64,000 nucleotides of DNA, taken from NCBI GenBank assembly GCA_028023455.1, contig JAQFVV010000008.1, positions 9,052,001 through 9,116,000 on the forward strand. Reading direction: 5' to 3'. This DNA comes from Epiperipatus broadwayi (lineage: Eukaryota; Animalia; Onychophora). This document shows positions 12,560-25,609 of this stretch, piece by piece (the first letter of the stretch is position 1; every line of letters starts with the position of its first letter). The notes beneath the pieces were generated by a model that did not search any database, had not been told where the DNA came from, and worked only from the letters and a program-made list of their open reading frames with translations. The position numbers and the translations under genes are program-made.

Positions 12560-14779
12560 TTTGGGGAGGGGTTCCTGACAGAGATATTTTAAGTGCTGGC
12601 TCTGACTAAGCATTTATCATAAAGCTTGTAGAGGAATTGGCAATCCTCACTGTTTATAACTTACAAGCTTAAGAGATAGGGTCATGTGATCTATGGATTG
12701 ATCTATGACTTTTATTTTGACTATTTATAGCATTATATGATGTTTAGATATCTTAAGTCTGGGTGCAGTTTTTTCTCATTTTGATTATAAAGATTTTACT
12801 AAGCATTTCTTTCCACCAAAGCCCAGTTTTATCAGCATTAAAAATTTGATGTGGTATGTATCCTTGCTCATCTATAATTTTTTTGGATTTTTCTGCGTAT
12901 ATCCTGGCAGCTTCATGATCAACCAATGACAAATTCTTATACTATTTAATTGCAACACATTTTGAATTTTTCAAACCAACCTTTAACTTGGCCACAAAAT
13001 CTGGGCTGACAGAAAATTTTCCTTTTTTTTTTTTTTTTTTTAAAGATTTTTGTAAATTTTAAGAGCTTTTTTGTTTAATGATATTGCAGTCCAATGGAAT
13101 CTTTCCCTTTTTTTTTTTTTAAGCGCCTTTTCCATTTTCTCAATTATTGGCACATGGAAATGAGTGCACTTCTATTTTTTTTTCTTTTTTCTTAATGGTT
13201 CAGACATGCTCATTTAAATTTAGAGGTTGTTTTTTTTTTTGTAATATGTGATGCTTTTTCTTTTATAATTTTATCCAAAATTTGTACTTTTACATCCAGG
13301 GAAATAAAATTTCTCTTAAATGTTTTTTTTTGTTTTTATCAAATGTAGTTTGCAACTGAAACTTAATTTTTCAAAAATTAGTCTAGAAAATAAAAAAAAA
13401 TTCTTTAACACATATCCCAAAAAGCTTAAAATAAGTTTCTTCCAAAACCACCAACACTAGAATTTCTTAAAATATCTTCTGCAATGACGTGCACTTAACT
13501 CAGTGAGGAAATTTTGATACTATAAAATTTGGGTATTACCCTAATTGTATGTATTTAATGATGTGATGATAAAAGTCGGGTATTTCAATTGTATTGTATT
13601 TTTGTATGTATTGTGTGCTCATATTGCAAAATTTAATTTCTAAATACAGTACATATTATAGTAGTGGGATTTGAGTTTAAACCGGGTAATGTTATCTACA
13701 AATAAAAAAGGAGAGGATTCATTAGCTTGATTTCAACTCATTTTATTTATCTCGTGGCAAAATCTTGTAAGATTAATACAAGCTATTCTTAATCTAAGGA
13801 TGATTCAATAAAACTAATAATATATATACTATAATAGTGATATATTAATAAAAATAGTTTTATGTGATCACAATTATTGCTAAATTTATTCACTAAATTT
13901 TATTTTCTGCATTCAGTTTCAAAATAATCATTAAATATCAACAAATAGGGCATTAAACTATTAAGGTGTATGTGTATAGTGTTTATGTGATTATACATAT
14001 GCAAAAGAAGATTATTTTAAAATATTTAATTTATTTAAAATGGGTATTCAAATATTGATTATTATACGTAAAATGGATAAATTGGAATGGGTTTCAAACT
14101 TTATTTAAATATAATTTGAATATATTTTATACTGTAATTTATAGATTTATGCTTTATAAAGTAAAAAATATTTTAACACCATAGAGCATCAGTTTGTTAG
14201 AAAAAAAACTTTCATAAAGTAAATGAATTAAAGGATTTGACTCCGAATAAAAAATTACTATGAACACAGCTATAATTAAAGATTTCTGAATAAAATGTCA
14301 TAGAAAAAATAAACTTAAAGAACATAGATTTATTTGCATGCTCTTACAAAATATACTGGTATAATATATTAAATAGAAGTACAGTGTTATACGAGAGTTT
14401 TTACAAATTTCTGGTGTTGTGGATAGTGTGTTATACAAGGATTTTACAATTCTATTGCGATAGAACGAAACCGTGCTGTAGGAAGTTATCTATGTTACTA
14501 CATTATTTCTTTTCAGGGTTTATAAGTACTTGATATTGCAAATTTGCAAACCTGGAGATTCCAAAAGCTTACACACAGAAGTTGTCAAATAATTAAGCAA
14601 TCGCTTTAATCCTAAACTCTCTGGATATACATCTGATCTTTGTTTGCCTAAGTCACATGTGATGGGAAAAGCTGTAGATACTATAATGCTATTTTTAGGT
14701 TCTTAATAAAGTATTGTGCATGTAATTACGTGGAGAAAACTGTTGGAAAAATTAAACTGCTACAGCAGCTACAGGTCAT

Positions 14780-15540
14780 CCCTGATATATTGCTGAAATT
14801 ATCAATAGTAATGCTGCCAATATTATTTTTCTGTCATACAAAAAAGTTACCAATTTTGCACAGAACATTACCATTATTCTTTGGATTTGTAAATTATGAA
14901 AAGGCATTTGATTCAATTAACATTTCTACAGTAATTAAAACAATGGATCATCAAGATATAGACTTGTGATATTGTATTATGAAGAATTTCAAAATGCAGT
15001 GATTAATTTCATGGAGGTACTAAGATTAACATTGAGGTATACAACAAGGTGATTCTATATCTCAATAGTATTTTCTATATCAAAATGGGCAGCTAATGAA
15101 GTAAAAAAGTAATTGGAGATTATTTAAGTAATCAAGATTTTGCAGATGACTAGTTGTTTTTGCAAATAATATTTCAGAGATTCGGAAAATATTGCCAATT
15201 ATTAGATGAAAGCAGGACTATAACTAAAGTAATTTTCAATGAATATTTTCTTAAGAGAAAAAATAAACATTGATTACAGAAGAAAACATAATAAATGAAA
15301 TTTATCACAGAATTAAAAATGTATTTTACCAGTTCTTACTTGCACATCTGAGACTTGGATACTTAACAGAAGAGCAATTCATAGTTTAGATCACTCAATA
15401 GTGTTTCAAAAATTGTATGTTAGTAGTAACAAGAAGATATCGAAAAACATGGGTAAGAGAACAGACAAATATCACTGATATTAAAAGAATTAAACTGAAA
15501 AGGGCTATGCTGTATATATTGTTAGAAAAGATGGTAATAT
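14780..15540 (+). mobile_element. Degenerate non-LTR retrotransposon RT fragment (RTE-like)
   Basis: Motifs FVNYEKAFDSI (~14886), QGDSIS (~15046) and FADD (~15139), broken by stops and frameshifts. Confidence 0.65.
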
Positions 15541-15859
15541 TTACAGTTATTGAAGTAAATTAATAAATTGGTTGATATTGTGTTATTTTTTGATTTTAGC
15601 ATTTGCTAGTTTTCTACAAGTGCTTTCACTAAAGGAGATTTGGGTGGGGGGAATTTTAAAATGATCATATATATAATTTCATTTTTTAAAATTATGATAT
15701 TGCAATTGATGATAAGATTTTCAAACAAATGTTTTTTTATTCAATTTATAATTAATTGTATGGAATTTCAGATTTAAAATTTAAGGCTTATTATTAACAA
15801 TTATAGTGAATTGCTTATATTATTTGTATCAAAATTAATTTAATTTTTTTTTTTTTTAG

Positions 15860-15958
15860 TTCCAATAAATATAGTAAACGCCCCTTATCTCATTCACCTC
15901 AATCAACATGGAAGTCTCAAGACTCCTTAAACAGAGATAGCAAAGAACATGGCAGAAG
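15860..15958 (+). CDS. SLBP: SLBP N-terminal exon, copy 1 of a duplicated 99-nt exon (SNKYSKRPLSHSPQSTWKSQDSLNRDSKEHGR)
   Basis: Poly-T AG acceptor, AG|GTATAA donor, open in phase 2-2, in frame with downstream SLBP exons. Confidence 0.7.
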
Positions 15959-16115
15959 GTATAAAAAAATTGCTATTACTATTATGAAATCCTAAAATTT
16001 CTGTTGAATGATATATATTTGTAAATAATGTTATTTCATTTTGGATATTTAAATCATAAAATGTTTAATTCATTTATTCAATTCAGTTTAGAATTAAAGT
16101 TACATTTTTTTTTAG

Positions 16116-16214
16116 TTCTAATAAATATAGTAAACGTCCTTTATCTCATTCGCCTCGTTCACCTTTGAAGTTTCAAGACTACTTGAATAGAAATAATAGA
16201 GAATATGGCAGAAG
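16116..16214 (+). CDS. SLBP: SLBP N-terminal exon, copy 2 (SNKYSKRPLSHSPRSPLKFQDYLNRNNREYGR)
   Basis: Paralogous to 15860-15958 with the same length, phase and intact splice sites. Confidence 0.7.
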
Positions 16215-16615
16215 GTAAAAAAAATTGATTATAATTACATATATATTGTAAATGTCTCTTTTCTTTTTGACTTAAAAAGGTAATATATTAAATATAATTT
16301 TTTAAAAATGCAATAATTGATTTGCATTAAGATTGTGTAAATTCTTGGCTTTCCATATATCAAATACATTTATTACTAAAGCTGTTGTTGTTAGAGTTTT
16401 AACTATTTTCTGATAGGGTCCTGCCTTTAATGAAAATTTACATTTTATCATTTTTATAGATATCTGTTTGATAGTTATTGCCATCATTAAAGTCAGAAGT
16501 GAGAAAATGTCTGTTAATTTTGACTAATATGATCCCCTCCCAATTTTACAGTTTGTAATTTAATTGAAGGATTTATAGGATAATATGAAATTTATCTTGG
16601 ATTTTTTTTAACTAG

Positions 16616-16717
16616 CCGAAAAGATTATAGAAGAAGTCCTTTAGAAAATCATAAAAAGTGTGCCAAATTTGATTCACTACCAAGCTCTAAAGAAAATTCT
16701 CCCAAGCAGCATTTAGA
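16616..16717 (+). CDS. SLBP: SLBP exon (RKDYRRSPLENHKKCAKFDSLPSSKENSPKQHL)
   Basis: CTAG acceptor, GTAAGT donor, 102 nt, phase 2-2 open frame. Confidence 0.7.
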
Positions 16718-18208
16718 GTAAGTAAATTTTTTTTTTATATCATTATCTGACACCTTGTTTTTTTTGTGGCTGTGTCTGATTATATTTTAATTAAACCTAA
16801 ACTTGTTATTTGAAAGGTATCTATTTAAATGATACACTAAGTTTGTTTGCAATTAAATTTTTCAAGCACCAAAAAAAAAAAAATGTTGACTTACAATTAA
16901 ATGTTATTATGTTATTTTTAAAGAAAAAATATATCACATTGTTGATACTAAACAATAGAAAACTAATACAAAACATTAGCAGAAGGGAATTATGGAACAT
17001 ATTACAAAATACTAGAACAAACTTCAAATGATGCTGAAAAAGATTTACAAATTTATCTTCCAGCAACTTATATATATATCCTGGTTTATTACCATAGCAA
17101 TCATCATCAATTTGTACCCACTATTTTGATTTACAATTGATTATTGATAACATCATAGGATATTGACTACATTAATTAATGACTAAAATAAAAATAAAGA
17201 AAATGCCAGTTTTATTCAACACAATAAGTAAGTAGTCGAAAACATACTTTGACCATGTACAATAAAGTGTATTGACATTTAGTTGTAAAATATATATATT
17301 AACTAAACTATATTTATTCAATCAATTTTGTGGATTAAAATTTTTAGGAATGTTATTTTGCCAGCAATAAAAATATAACTCATAATTGTAAAATACAGTT
17401 GTCATAATTGTATGATATTTTGAGGAAAAAATTATTTTTTGCATTATGCAATTAATAATCAAATTTCTATGATCAAAGGTTACTAAATGTAAATACCATT
17501 TATTTTTCCAAGTTTTAATCAATAATCTTGTAATTTTTATGGTTTATTACAGGGTAATATCCAGTTTTATTGTAAACATAGATTAGCAAAAGAAAAAAAA
17601 TAATCATTTACATTTTCTTTAATTTGACTGCATTTATAGATATAATTAAAAAAATAATAGCACTGCAAAAAAAAAAAAATTCAGTCTTATTGGCTAGAAA
17701 TTACAAAATGAAAAACTTTAATAATTGTACATAAAGTGCATCAAATTCCCCAGGCTTTTATTTCAATTCAACAAATTGTGGTTTAGGAAATATTAATCTG
17801 TGGCTATGTAATAAGTAAAATGTGATCAATGGATAAATTATAAATTTTCTGTTAAACTTAAAACTATCAAAATGTTATTATATAATATATACCTACAGGT
17901 TAGTTTGTTTTTTTAAATAATGTTTAGCAAAACGTTTATTCATTAATTGACACTTTAATTTAAGCTTAATGCTTTTAAAGATTTTTTTTTTTTATAGTTT
18001 TTAATTTAAAGTAATGCATTATTTCCCCCCCCCCCTCGTATTATTTTTTATGTGAGATTTTACTTTACAAGGTAAAAGATGTAATCTAAAAAGTATACCT
18101 ATTACTTTTCAAAATGGGAAAAATTAATTTAGGTATTTTTGAAACAATTTTTAAGAGAATTGGATGGATTTGGAACTGATGTGAAGTTATTCATCTTATT
18201 CTTGTGAG

Positions 18209-18246
18209 TCACATGATATCTTCTGCTGTTGCATCATCAGACGTGA
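18209..18246 (-). ncRNA. Variant minimal hammerhead-like motif (solitary)
   Basis: Reverse complement TCACGT-CTGATGA-TGC(AACA)GCA-GAAG-ATA-TC^-ATGTGA. Helices I and II pair, but GAAA is GAAG. Confidence 0.45.
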
Positions 18247-18729
18247 TACTCAGGACAAATCACAAAACTGTTATTACTATTTGATTGAATCTCATTTAAA
18301 ATTACTATACTTGAGTTATAATTTTGATAAATAGATGAAACTTTTTGTATTGTAAAAAAAAATTACATTTGCTCAATAACAAAGATAAATGCAGAATGAA
18401 AGATAATAATTTCAAGGAGGTCTATGGTGTAAAAGTATTAAAAAAAGACAGTTTTTATTTAAAATGTTTCTATACATAATTTTGAGATATGAAGTATACA
18501 ATGTTTTTTTATTCTGATGGTACATTTTTCAAAATTAATTTATAATATTTATTCTTTCTTTTTTTTGCCCATTATTGTTGTTATTTCTTAAAGTATTTCA
18601 TAAGTTGCAATAAAATATTTTTATTTGTATTAAACACACACTAAGAGATTTCTTTATTAAAACATTATAGAAATAGATAATTGGGGTGAAAAAAAAAATT
18701 TTTTAAATAAAAATAAGTTTAATCTCAGA

Positions 18730-18926
18730 AGGATTAAAGGTGAAAAGTTCATTTAAAATAAAACAACTCCGAAAAATCAAATTAGATATTAGAAGATAGA
18801 ACGATAACTACAAATAAAAAAAGAAAGAGGATTAAAGGTGAAAAGTTCATTTAAAATAAAACAACTCCGAAAAATCAAATTAGATATTAGAAGATAGAAC
18901 GATAACTACAAATAAAAAAAGAAAGA
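18730..18926 (+). repeat. Tandem duplication, 98-bp period
   Basis: ggattaaaggtgaaaagttc...aaaaaaagaaaga repeated at 18731 and 18829. Confidence 0.9.
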
Positions 18927-21900
18927 TAAACCTGAATTAAAATGGATAAAGATCTGAGATAATAGAATCATAAATTTAAAAACATGCGGGAAAAATTAAA
19001 TCTGTGTTTTAAAGTTCTTAACCTCAGATGGATTTGCTGAAAAATGATAAATTCTCTCCCAAAAAAACATTGATTAAACAAACATTGAAAAGATTTATAT
19101 CTGTACCACAAAGATGACAATTGTGATACTTGATGAGGTCAGATTTGTTTTAAAATCATTATCAAAATATATATATGTCTAAGGAATTGATGGCACTGCA
19201 TTAAAAGTCTGATTGAAAATCAAAAAATTAATAAAAATGCAGTAAAATTATGCCTGTTAATATAGTGAATGATCTATGTTTTGGAAATCAATACTATAGT
19301 ATGATATGGGGAATGCATGTATTTTATTTTATACTGCATACAATTCATTTATTGCATATTACATTACATTCAAAAATAATTGTCAAATAATAGAAGTTAC
19401 TTTTTATAAAGATCTTTTGATTCTGTTTTTTATTCAAATTATTATAGAATATTAGAAATCTGACATGTCAGAGCACAGAGCATTCCATTTTTATGAAGAA
19501 TTTATATGTTACTATGACAAAGAAATTTGTCATAGCTACATATATATTGTTTTACTTATTTACTTTGTATATAATATAGTGATTAAATTTGTTGAGGATA
19601 CCACAATTGTAGAGGGAAATGAAAAAATCTTAAAATTGCTTGTTGGAAATATTAATTTAGTCAAAAGAGAAAATTACAGAAAATATAAATAAAACAATTA
19701 TGGCAAAGAAGATGGATTTAAAAATTGATAGTGGCATTATAAATGTCATAGACTGTTATTGAAATTTGGTATTAATTTCTTTTCATAGAAACTTTTTTTT
19801 TTTTTTTTTCCAAGTTGAAGTCTTTTTGTATAATCATTAACACTTTATAATACTTTTTAATAAAATTATTGTTTTTCACAACATTTTTTCTATTAAAATC
19901 TTTTTGTAGAATTGAAACTTTTTGATGGTCCAATATGTTTCTATCTACTGGAATGTTCTTATCCTGTGATGTTAATTTGAGTAGTTTCAGGGATACAAAA
20001 TGTCATTAACATGAATTTCATTATCGTTATTTCGTAAATTAACTCATTTTTATGGAATGACTTTTTAAACTAAATTATTTTTATTTTATCGCATAAACAA
20101 AGCACATCTCAGGGTTTTTTAGCCTTGAAAGAATTTCTGTTATCAATAATTTTGCACTCTGGAAGCATTTTAAAGAAAAGTATTAATTTTCAATATGATG
20201 GAGTGCATGAGATAAAAAACTGATTGTTGCTAATACTGTACAGTTGAGCTACTTCCAAGATTTACAAATTTTTAAATCACAAGTTTGATAAAAAGCAGAT
20301 ATGACAGGATATTAATTTGGCATTCCAACTAGAGTTTTTTAAAAAAGTAAATTTACTACTTAAATTTTGTGTAAGCTTGATATTTTCTAATAATGGTTCT
20401 ACCTAAAATTAATATGGTTAATATATAACAAAAGTATTCATTAGATTATTTTTTCTAATAAGTATCAATGTTTTAAAATATAGATGCATGTTATATTTTT
20501 GTGAGTCATGCAAATTGTATGAAAATATTTTGCCTAATTTTTTCATGTTTATCTGATCTTTGCTAATTATTTTTATTGCAAAGCTCATTATTATTTTAAG
20601 AAAAATAATAGATTTATGAATTTAAAATTTGTGTGTGTTATTAATAACTCCTATATATATATTTCAATTTTACACAGAAACTCTCCTAATGCTGTTAATT
20701 CATTGACAAAAATTGTTTAAACAAACACTTTTTTTATATTTATATAAGGTTATTATCTACAGGGACTACTAGAGAAAATGTGTTCAATATATTTTTAAAT
20801 TTTCTGTCCTTTTTTTTTGTTTTTGAACTTGTAAGAGTTATTTTTTGAGCTGTACAATTATTCACATGATAGTGGGAAACTATGTTGAATGAGATTTATT
20901 AATGATCTTTCAAAAAAAAAAGATATATTGTAAATATGTATCTAATAAACAATAAATTATTTTTATTTAATATATATATGGGAAGTGTGTAATGATGGAG
21001 TAAGACTTATATTGTTGAATTATTATATTACTACTTGATATTTAATTCAGGTAGGTTGAGTAACCAAAGGACAGCTATATTATCAATGGAAATCCTCTTA
21101 TTTCAAATCATAGTATTCATCTGATAGTTATTTAGTTATGATAGATAAATTAATGTGCTAACCAGTCCCAACCATTAAAAAACAATGGAGAAACAAGTAA
21201 TGAAGATTTGAAGATTTTTCCATCACCGCTCTATCTTCTAACTAAAAATAGTTGGATGCCCATTTACCTGTTAATATATTTAGATTTTCTCTCTTTACAT
21301 ATATAAAATCTTGTTCAATCTTAAGTAATCCATCAAAAATGAGAATAAAATATTAATGTAAATAATTTTAGTATGTATTAATACTTACTAGAATTATTTA
21401 CATTTTTCCGGGGAGCTATAAATATGGAAGTAATTACTAAACAAAGTTAATTATTAATAATCAATTTTTTTTTTAAACAAAAAATTGTCTTAAAATAATT
21501 TGCCTTTAAAATAGAAATTAGCAACAAACTTTTGTAAAATGCTGCAAAATTTGTAGTATTTTACTGTACTTCTTTCTTATTCAAAGTAATGCATTTTGTT
21601 CAATAATACTTGTAATTTACTTTGCTTGTAAGTATTCTAAATATTTTTCTATAAAATACGGAAATTATACGCCCATCAAAATTACTAAACATTGCGCTAT
21701 ATAAAATAGTATCTCATTATATTGTTAATGTTTATTATTTAAAATGATATCTATAAAATATTTTTTAAGAATGAGCAATATATAAACAGTAACAGAATCT
21801 CTGAATAATAAAATGTGTGAAGTCTACACATAAGCAATAATACATAAAATAATTTTTATATGTTGAATTTATTTGTATTTTTAATTGTACTTTTAAGTTT

Positions 21901-21934
21901 TGTTTCTAAGAAATCTCCATTATTTACTTAACAG

Positions 21935-22054
21935 TGATACTCCTATTACTGGCAAAACACTTGATTCACCATCTAAATCAACTGACTGGGATACCATGGT
22001 AAATGAAGCGGAAATAGAAAGCAGTAGAAATAAAATAGGATCAAATAAACCAAA
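21935..22054 (+). CDS. SLBP: SLBP exon with DWxxxxE translation-activation motif (DTPITGKTLDSPSKSTDWDTMVNEAEIESSRNKIGSNKP)
   Basis: TAACAG acceptor, GTAAAT donor, 120 nt, phase 2-2. DWDTMVNEAE resembles vertebrate SLBP DWASAVEE. Confidence 0.8.
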
Positions 22055-22786
22055 GTAAATGAGTTTTTATATATTTATAACATGTATTTTTGTGTTGTAA
22101 TGTATGTAAGTTGATTATTAAAAAAAAAAAAATTAACATTTATAGAACACTACATCACTAGTACAAATGCATTAACATTATATCAAAGCAATTTAAGTTA
22201 GTAATTATGGGCTGTAACCCAATTGTTTCAGAAGATCTCCAACATATGTCTTCAATTTATTTTTTAAAATAGGTGTTAATAGTTTATTTTATAATTTTGA
22301 GTATATGATCAAAAAAAAAAAAAAATGCTTTCAGTATATAACATCTGGTTTTTTAAATAAATTGAAATGAAATATAGTATTTTAAATATTAAAATTGCTT
22401 CAATTACTTAATTGCATTTAGATAATAGATAGTTGGCAAAAGAATGGTGTGATGAATCTTCATTTATTTGGTCCTTGCTATTTTGTAACATGTATGGCCT
22501 GATATTACTTTGTTCAATCACAACACAAGGCTATTAAAGGAATTTCTCTTTGGTATATGTGTTCTGAAATATGAGAATATAATTTAGCTTTTGTTTACCC
22601 GTAATAAATAGTATTGTAAGTTTTTTTTATAACATTTTATAATCTTTAGTAAAAGTTGCAAAATTAATTTCACTATGTTATAATGGAAGACAGGATTGGT
22701 ATAAAATATATTTTCCTGAATGAGAGATAATCTATAGAAATGTTATAATTGTAGACATGAGTTTCTAATATTTAAAAATATTTCAG

Positions 22787-22816
22787 CAAAGCAAAAGGAT
22801 TGAAGAGGATCACAAA
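22787..22816 (+). CDS. SLBP: Candidate 30-nt SLBP microexon (KAKGLKRIT)
   Basis: TTCTAAT branch-like motif, TTTCAG acceptor, GTAAAA donor, keeps phase 2-2. Confidence 0.45.
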
Positions 22817-23710
22817 GTAAAAAATTGATAAATAGTGAATATCTATAGAAAATGGGATGATTATGTTAGTAATTTACTTTAATTGAGGATAGAAAATAGG
22901 TTAGCATAGCTGCCTTCCCGGTCAACGCATTTGATACATTACAAAACAAAGTAGAGTAGATAAAATTTGTAAGAATAAAAAATAATGATGCCATTTAAAA
23001 TTTCATGACATTAACACAAACTTGTAGTGACTGCGTTTATTAAACATTAATATTTTTTCCAAAGAATTTTTATTTTTTTATAATGTTTCAAAATATGCTA
23101 ATTTCTTCAGAGATGCTTTCATGTAAATTAAGATTTTTTTTTTTCTAAATGATTTATTTTTTGTTATTGCTTTTTTTTTTTTGCTGTCCAGAAAATTCAG
23201 AACAGTCTTCTCAAGCACTATGGTTCAATATTACTAAAAAGAACTTATTGCTGTTTGGGACAACAATAGATGGAGACAAACATTTAGATCCTAAATGTAT
23301 TATATTAGTATGCAGAAATAGAAATGATATAACATTTACATATTTTTATAATTGCAACAAAAAAAATAATATAAGGAAAGAGAATAAAATTGTGTTTGTG
23401 CTAATAGAATGAAGAAATTACAGTGATTATGAAAATTTTGAAAGGGAAAGAATGTTTAACATAGTTATGGGGTATTTGGATTTTTGTGAACAGAAATTTC
23501 TTAATCTAAAAAATCATTCTGAATGTAATCTAGGTATTAAAAAAAATAATTATTTATGCATAAATAGATAAAATAAAATATTGCAGAAACTTTACAAGAA
23601 ATTTCTTTATTTTATTTTGTAAAAATATCCAAATACTATATATTTTTAACAATTTTTAATAGCAAGGCAAGAATTGAAAAGAGATTGGAATCTAGTTTAA
23701 TTATCTATAC

Positions 23711-23979
23711 CAGCGTTTCTCAATCTTTGGGTCGCATTAAATTTTTAATGGGTCACGAATATGCACTAAGAGATAAAAACAAATATCTGATAGCAAAAAT
23801 CTTTTTATAGTTTAACTTTAACTCAACTTTTAACTTACAAATTATTTGTTCATTATAAATATTATCAAATTGATCTGAATATGTACAATACCGTGCTGAT
23901 GTAATATCTTTTTTTTATATATATTATAATTTATGTAATAAACATTTGGGTCGCGCAGCAAAAAGGTTGAGAAACGCTA
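23711..23979. mobile_element. hAT (Charlie-like) MITE
   Basis: TIRs CAGCGTTTCTCAATCTTT / AAAGGTTGAGAAACGCTA and perfect 8-bp TSD atctatac (23703-23710, 23980-23987). Confidence 0.85.
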
Positions 23980-25342
23980 ATCTATACTATTATTTTTTTG
24001 CTTACTATCAGAAGTCATACAAATAGGGATATATAAGGTTATTACTAAATATATATATAGTAAATTTTTAACAAAGAAATGCATTGCAAAACTTAATTTA
24101 GTTGTAAGAAATTTTATGGAGGCAAAAATAATATTTCTGAAACTGGTAAGAGTTCTTTTTTTAAAATAACAAATGTCAATCAGAAATAGAACTATCAAAT
24201 TTATTTTTTTTTAGATAAAGTCAAAATTATTTAAGAGTTTTTTAAAAAAAGGTAGTCAATTCAAAATTAGCAATATTTTTTGTTTGATATTTTAATAAGT
24301 ATTTTTTTTTTTTTTTTTAAATTTTCTCCCATTGAAAAATTTTGAAAGTCTTCAAAGACAAGGATTTTAAGAAATGGAAAATATAAACTTGCGGTTGAAT
24401 ATCATCTATCAAAGCAATTTTGTTGGAAATTTTATGTTTTTTAAAATCCAATGATACATCTGAAATGCTCTGAACTTGTAATGAAAATTTTATTTGCAAT
24501 CTTACTTACATTTTGCAGCCATTACAAGGCAATAGTGCTTAACTTTTTTATTTTTTAAAATTATTAAAATGATAATGAAGGGGAGGAAGAAATTGCAATC
24601 AATTAAAAATTCTAAGGATCTATGTTTTTTTAGTCTGTGTTTTGTTTTTAATTTATTTTCAGTAATTAGAATGTTCATTGACTTTGAAGGATAGTTTTAT
24701 AACTAAACTATTCAAAATGAAACAACGCCTTTGATCATAAATGTGGCTTTTCATTAATTTTGAAACTTTAACTTCTCTCATTTATTTCATAAAAAGGAAA
24801 AATAAATTAGATTGTTATCATAATTTTTGGAAATATAGATTTATACTCGTGTGCAATTGTAAAAAAATATTTTAATAATTATGTATTAAATTCTTTATCC
24901 ACGCCATATAGAAGTATGAGACAGTACAGCAGTACAATGATCAAAGGGTAATTTGGCATTGCCCATTACCTTCTTAACATAATTCTTTTGTTTTAATTTT
25001 AGAACTATATCGTATACTTTAATAAATGTGAAAATTATTTTAATAATTAATAATACTGATATATGATGATTATAAAATTACATTTTTTAATAAAAAATAT
25101 TTATTAAGAAATATAAAATATTCTGAAATTTTAAAATTCTGTTGAAATAGAAAAAAAAAAAAAACCTTAGGTCTAACTTTAAAAATTTATAGAAAATCAA
25201 AGCTTCATACTGTTAAAATGTGCCATTTAAAAGAAAAATCTATTTTGCATGCAGCCTTAAATAATTAAATATTAGATTATTCAATTACTTTAAAATTATT
25301 TGACCTAAATCTTATTACAATAACTGTTTCATTTTGTTTTAG

Positions 25343-25393
25343 GATTCAAAGAAGACTAGTATTGTTGAATGAAAATGGAAGAAATGAAAAAAG
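25343..25393 (+). CDS. SLBP: SLBP exon (IQRRLVLLNENGRNEK)
   Basis: TTTTAG acceptor, AG|GTAAGA donor, 51 nt. Resembles human SLBP YKRKLLINDFGRERK. Confidence 0.85.
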
Positions 25394-25498
25394 GTAAGAA
25401 TTTTTGATCCACCCCCACTCCTCTTTTTTTTTTTTTTTTGCTAACCGTTTATTTTTTAACACAAGCTTTAAATGTTTTTTGTTCTGTTGTTTTCTAAG

Positions 25499-25609
25499 AA
25501 AACCAAGAGAATTTGAAACTGATTTAACTGTATTACAACGTAGACAAAAACAAATCGATTATGGTAAAAATACAATAGCATATGATTGCTATTTGACACA
25601 AGTACCAAG
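25499..25609 (+). CDS. SLBP: SLBP RNA-binding domain, first half ([36 protein letters not shown])
   Basis: Matches the SLBP RBD (human [33 protein letters not shown]). Ends at the non-canonical donor AG|GCAAGT. Confidence 0.95.

Larger units (their letters stand above)
10603..12727. mobile_element. Family C hammerhead-repeat array (435-nt monomer), divergent inverted arms
   Basis: Near-identical tandem units on minus (10603-~11400) and plus (~11770-12727), with a scrambled centre. TSD tagcattatatgat at 10589-10602 and 12728-12741. Confidence 0.9.
9364..13200 (-). mobile_element. Degenerate pogo/Tigger-like (DDE_1) transposase, interrupted by the family C array
   Basis: Minus-strand motifs KGWFEKFK, GYIPHQIFNADKTGLWWK, APRLKISKHHIMLLLC (continuous across the TSD), VYWKANSKAWITGELFREWF, DNAPGH and QPGDQDII. 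TA-CAGGTAATCCTC at 9362 is a possible TIR. Ends approximate. Confidence 0.75.

Noticed and set aside
10603-12727. Regularly spaced repeats as a CRISPR array
   Set aside because: Whole 435-nt units repeat with no unique spacers, and the context is eukaryotic with no cas genes.
14442-14483. TTTTACA-A-TTCTAT(TGCG)ATAGAA-C-GAAA-CCGTGC-TGTAGGA as a hammerhead relic
   Set aside because: CUGANGA is entirely absent and there is no GUC/NUH geometry; too degenerate to call.
25466-25498. In-frame upstream acceptor (acaag|) that would add [10 protein letters not shown] before the RBD
   Set aside because: The added peptide is just the translated pyrimidine tract and breaks colinearity with SLBP homologues.
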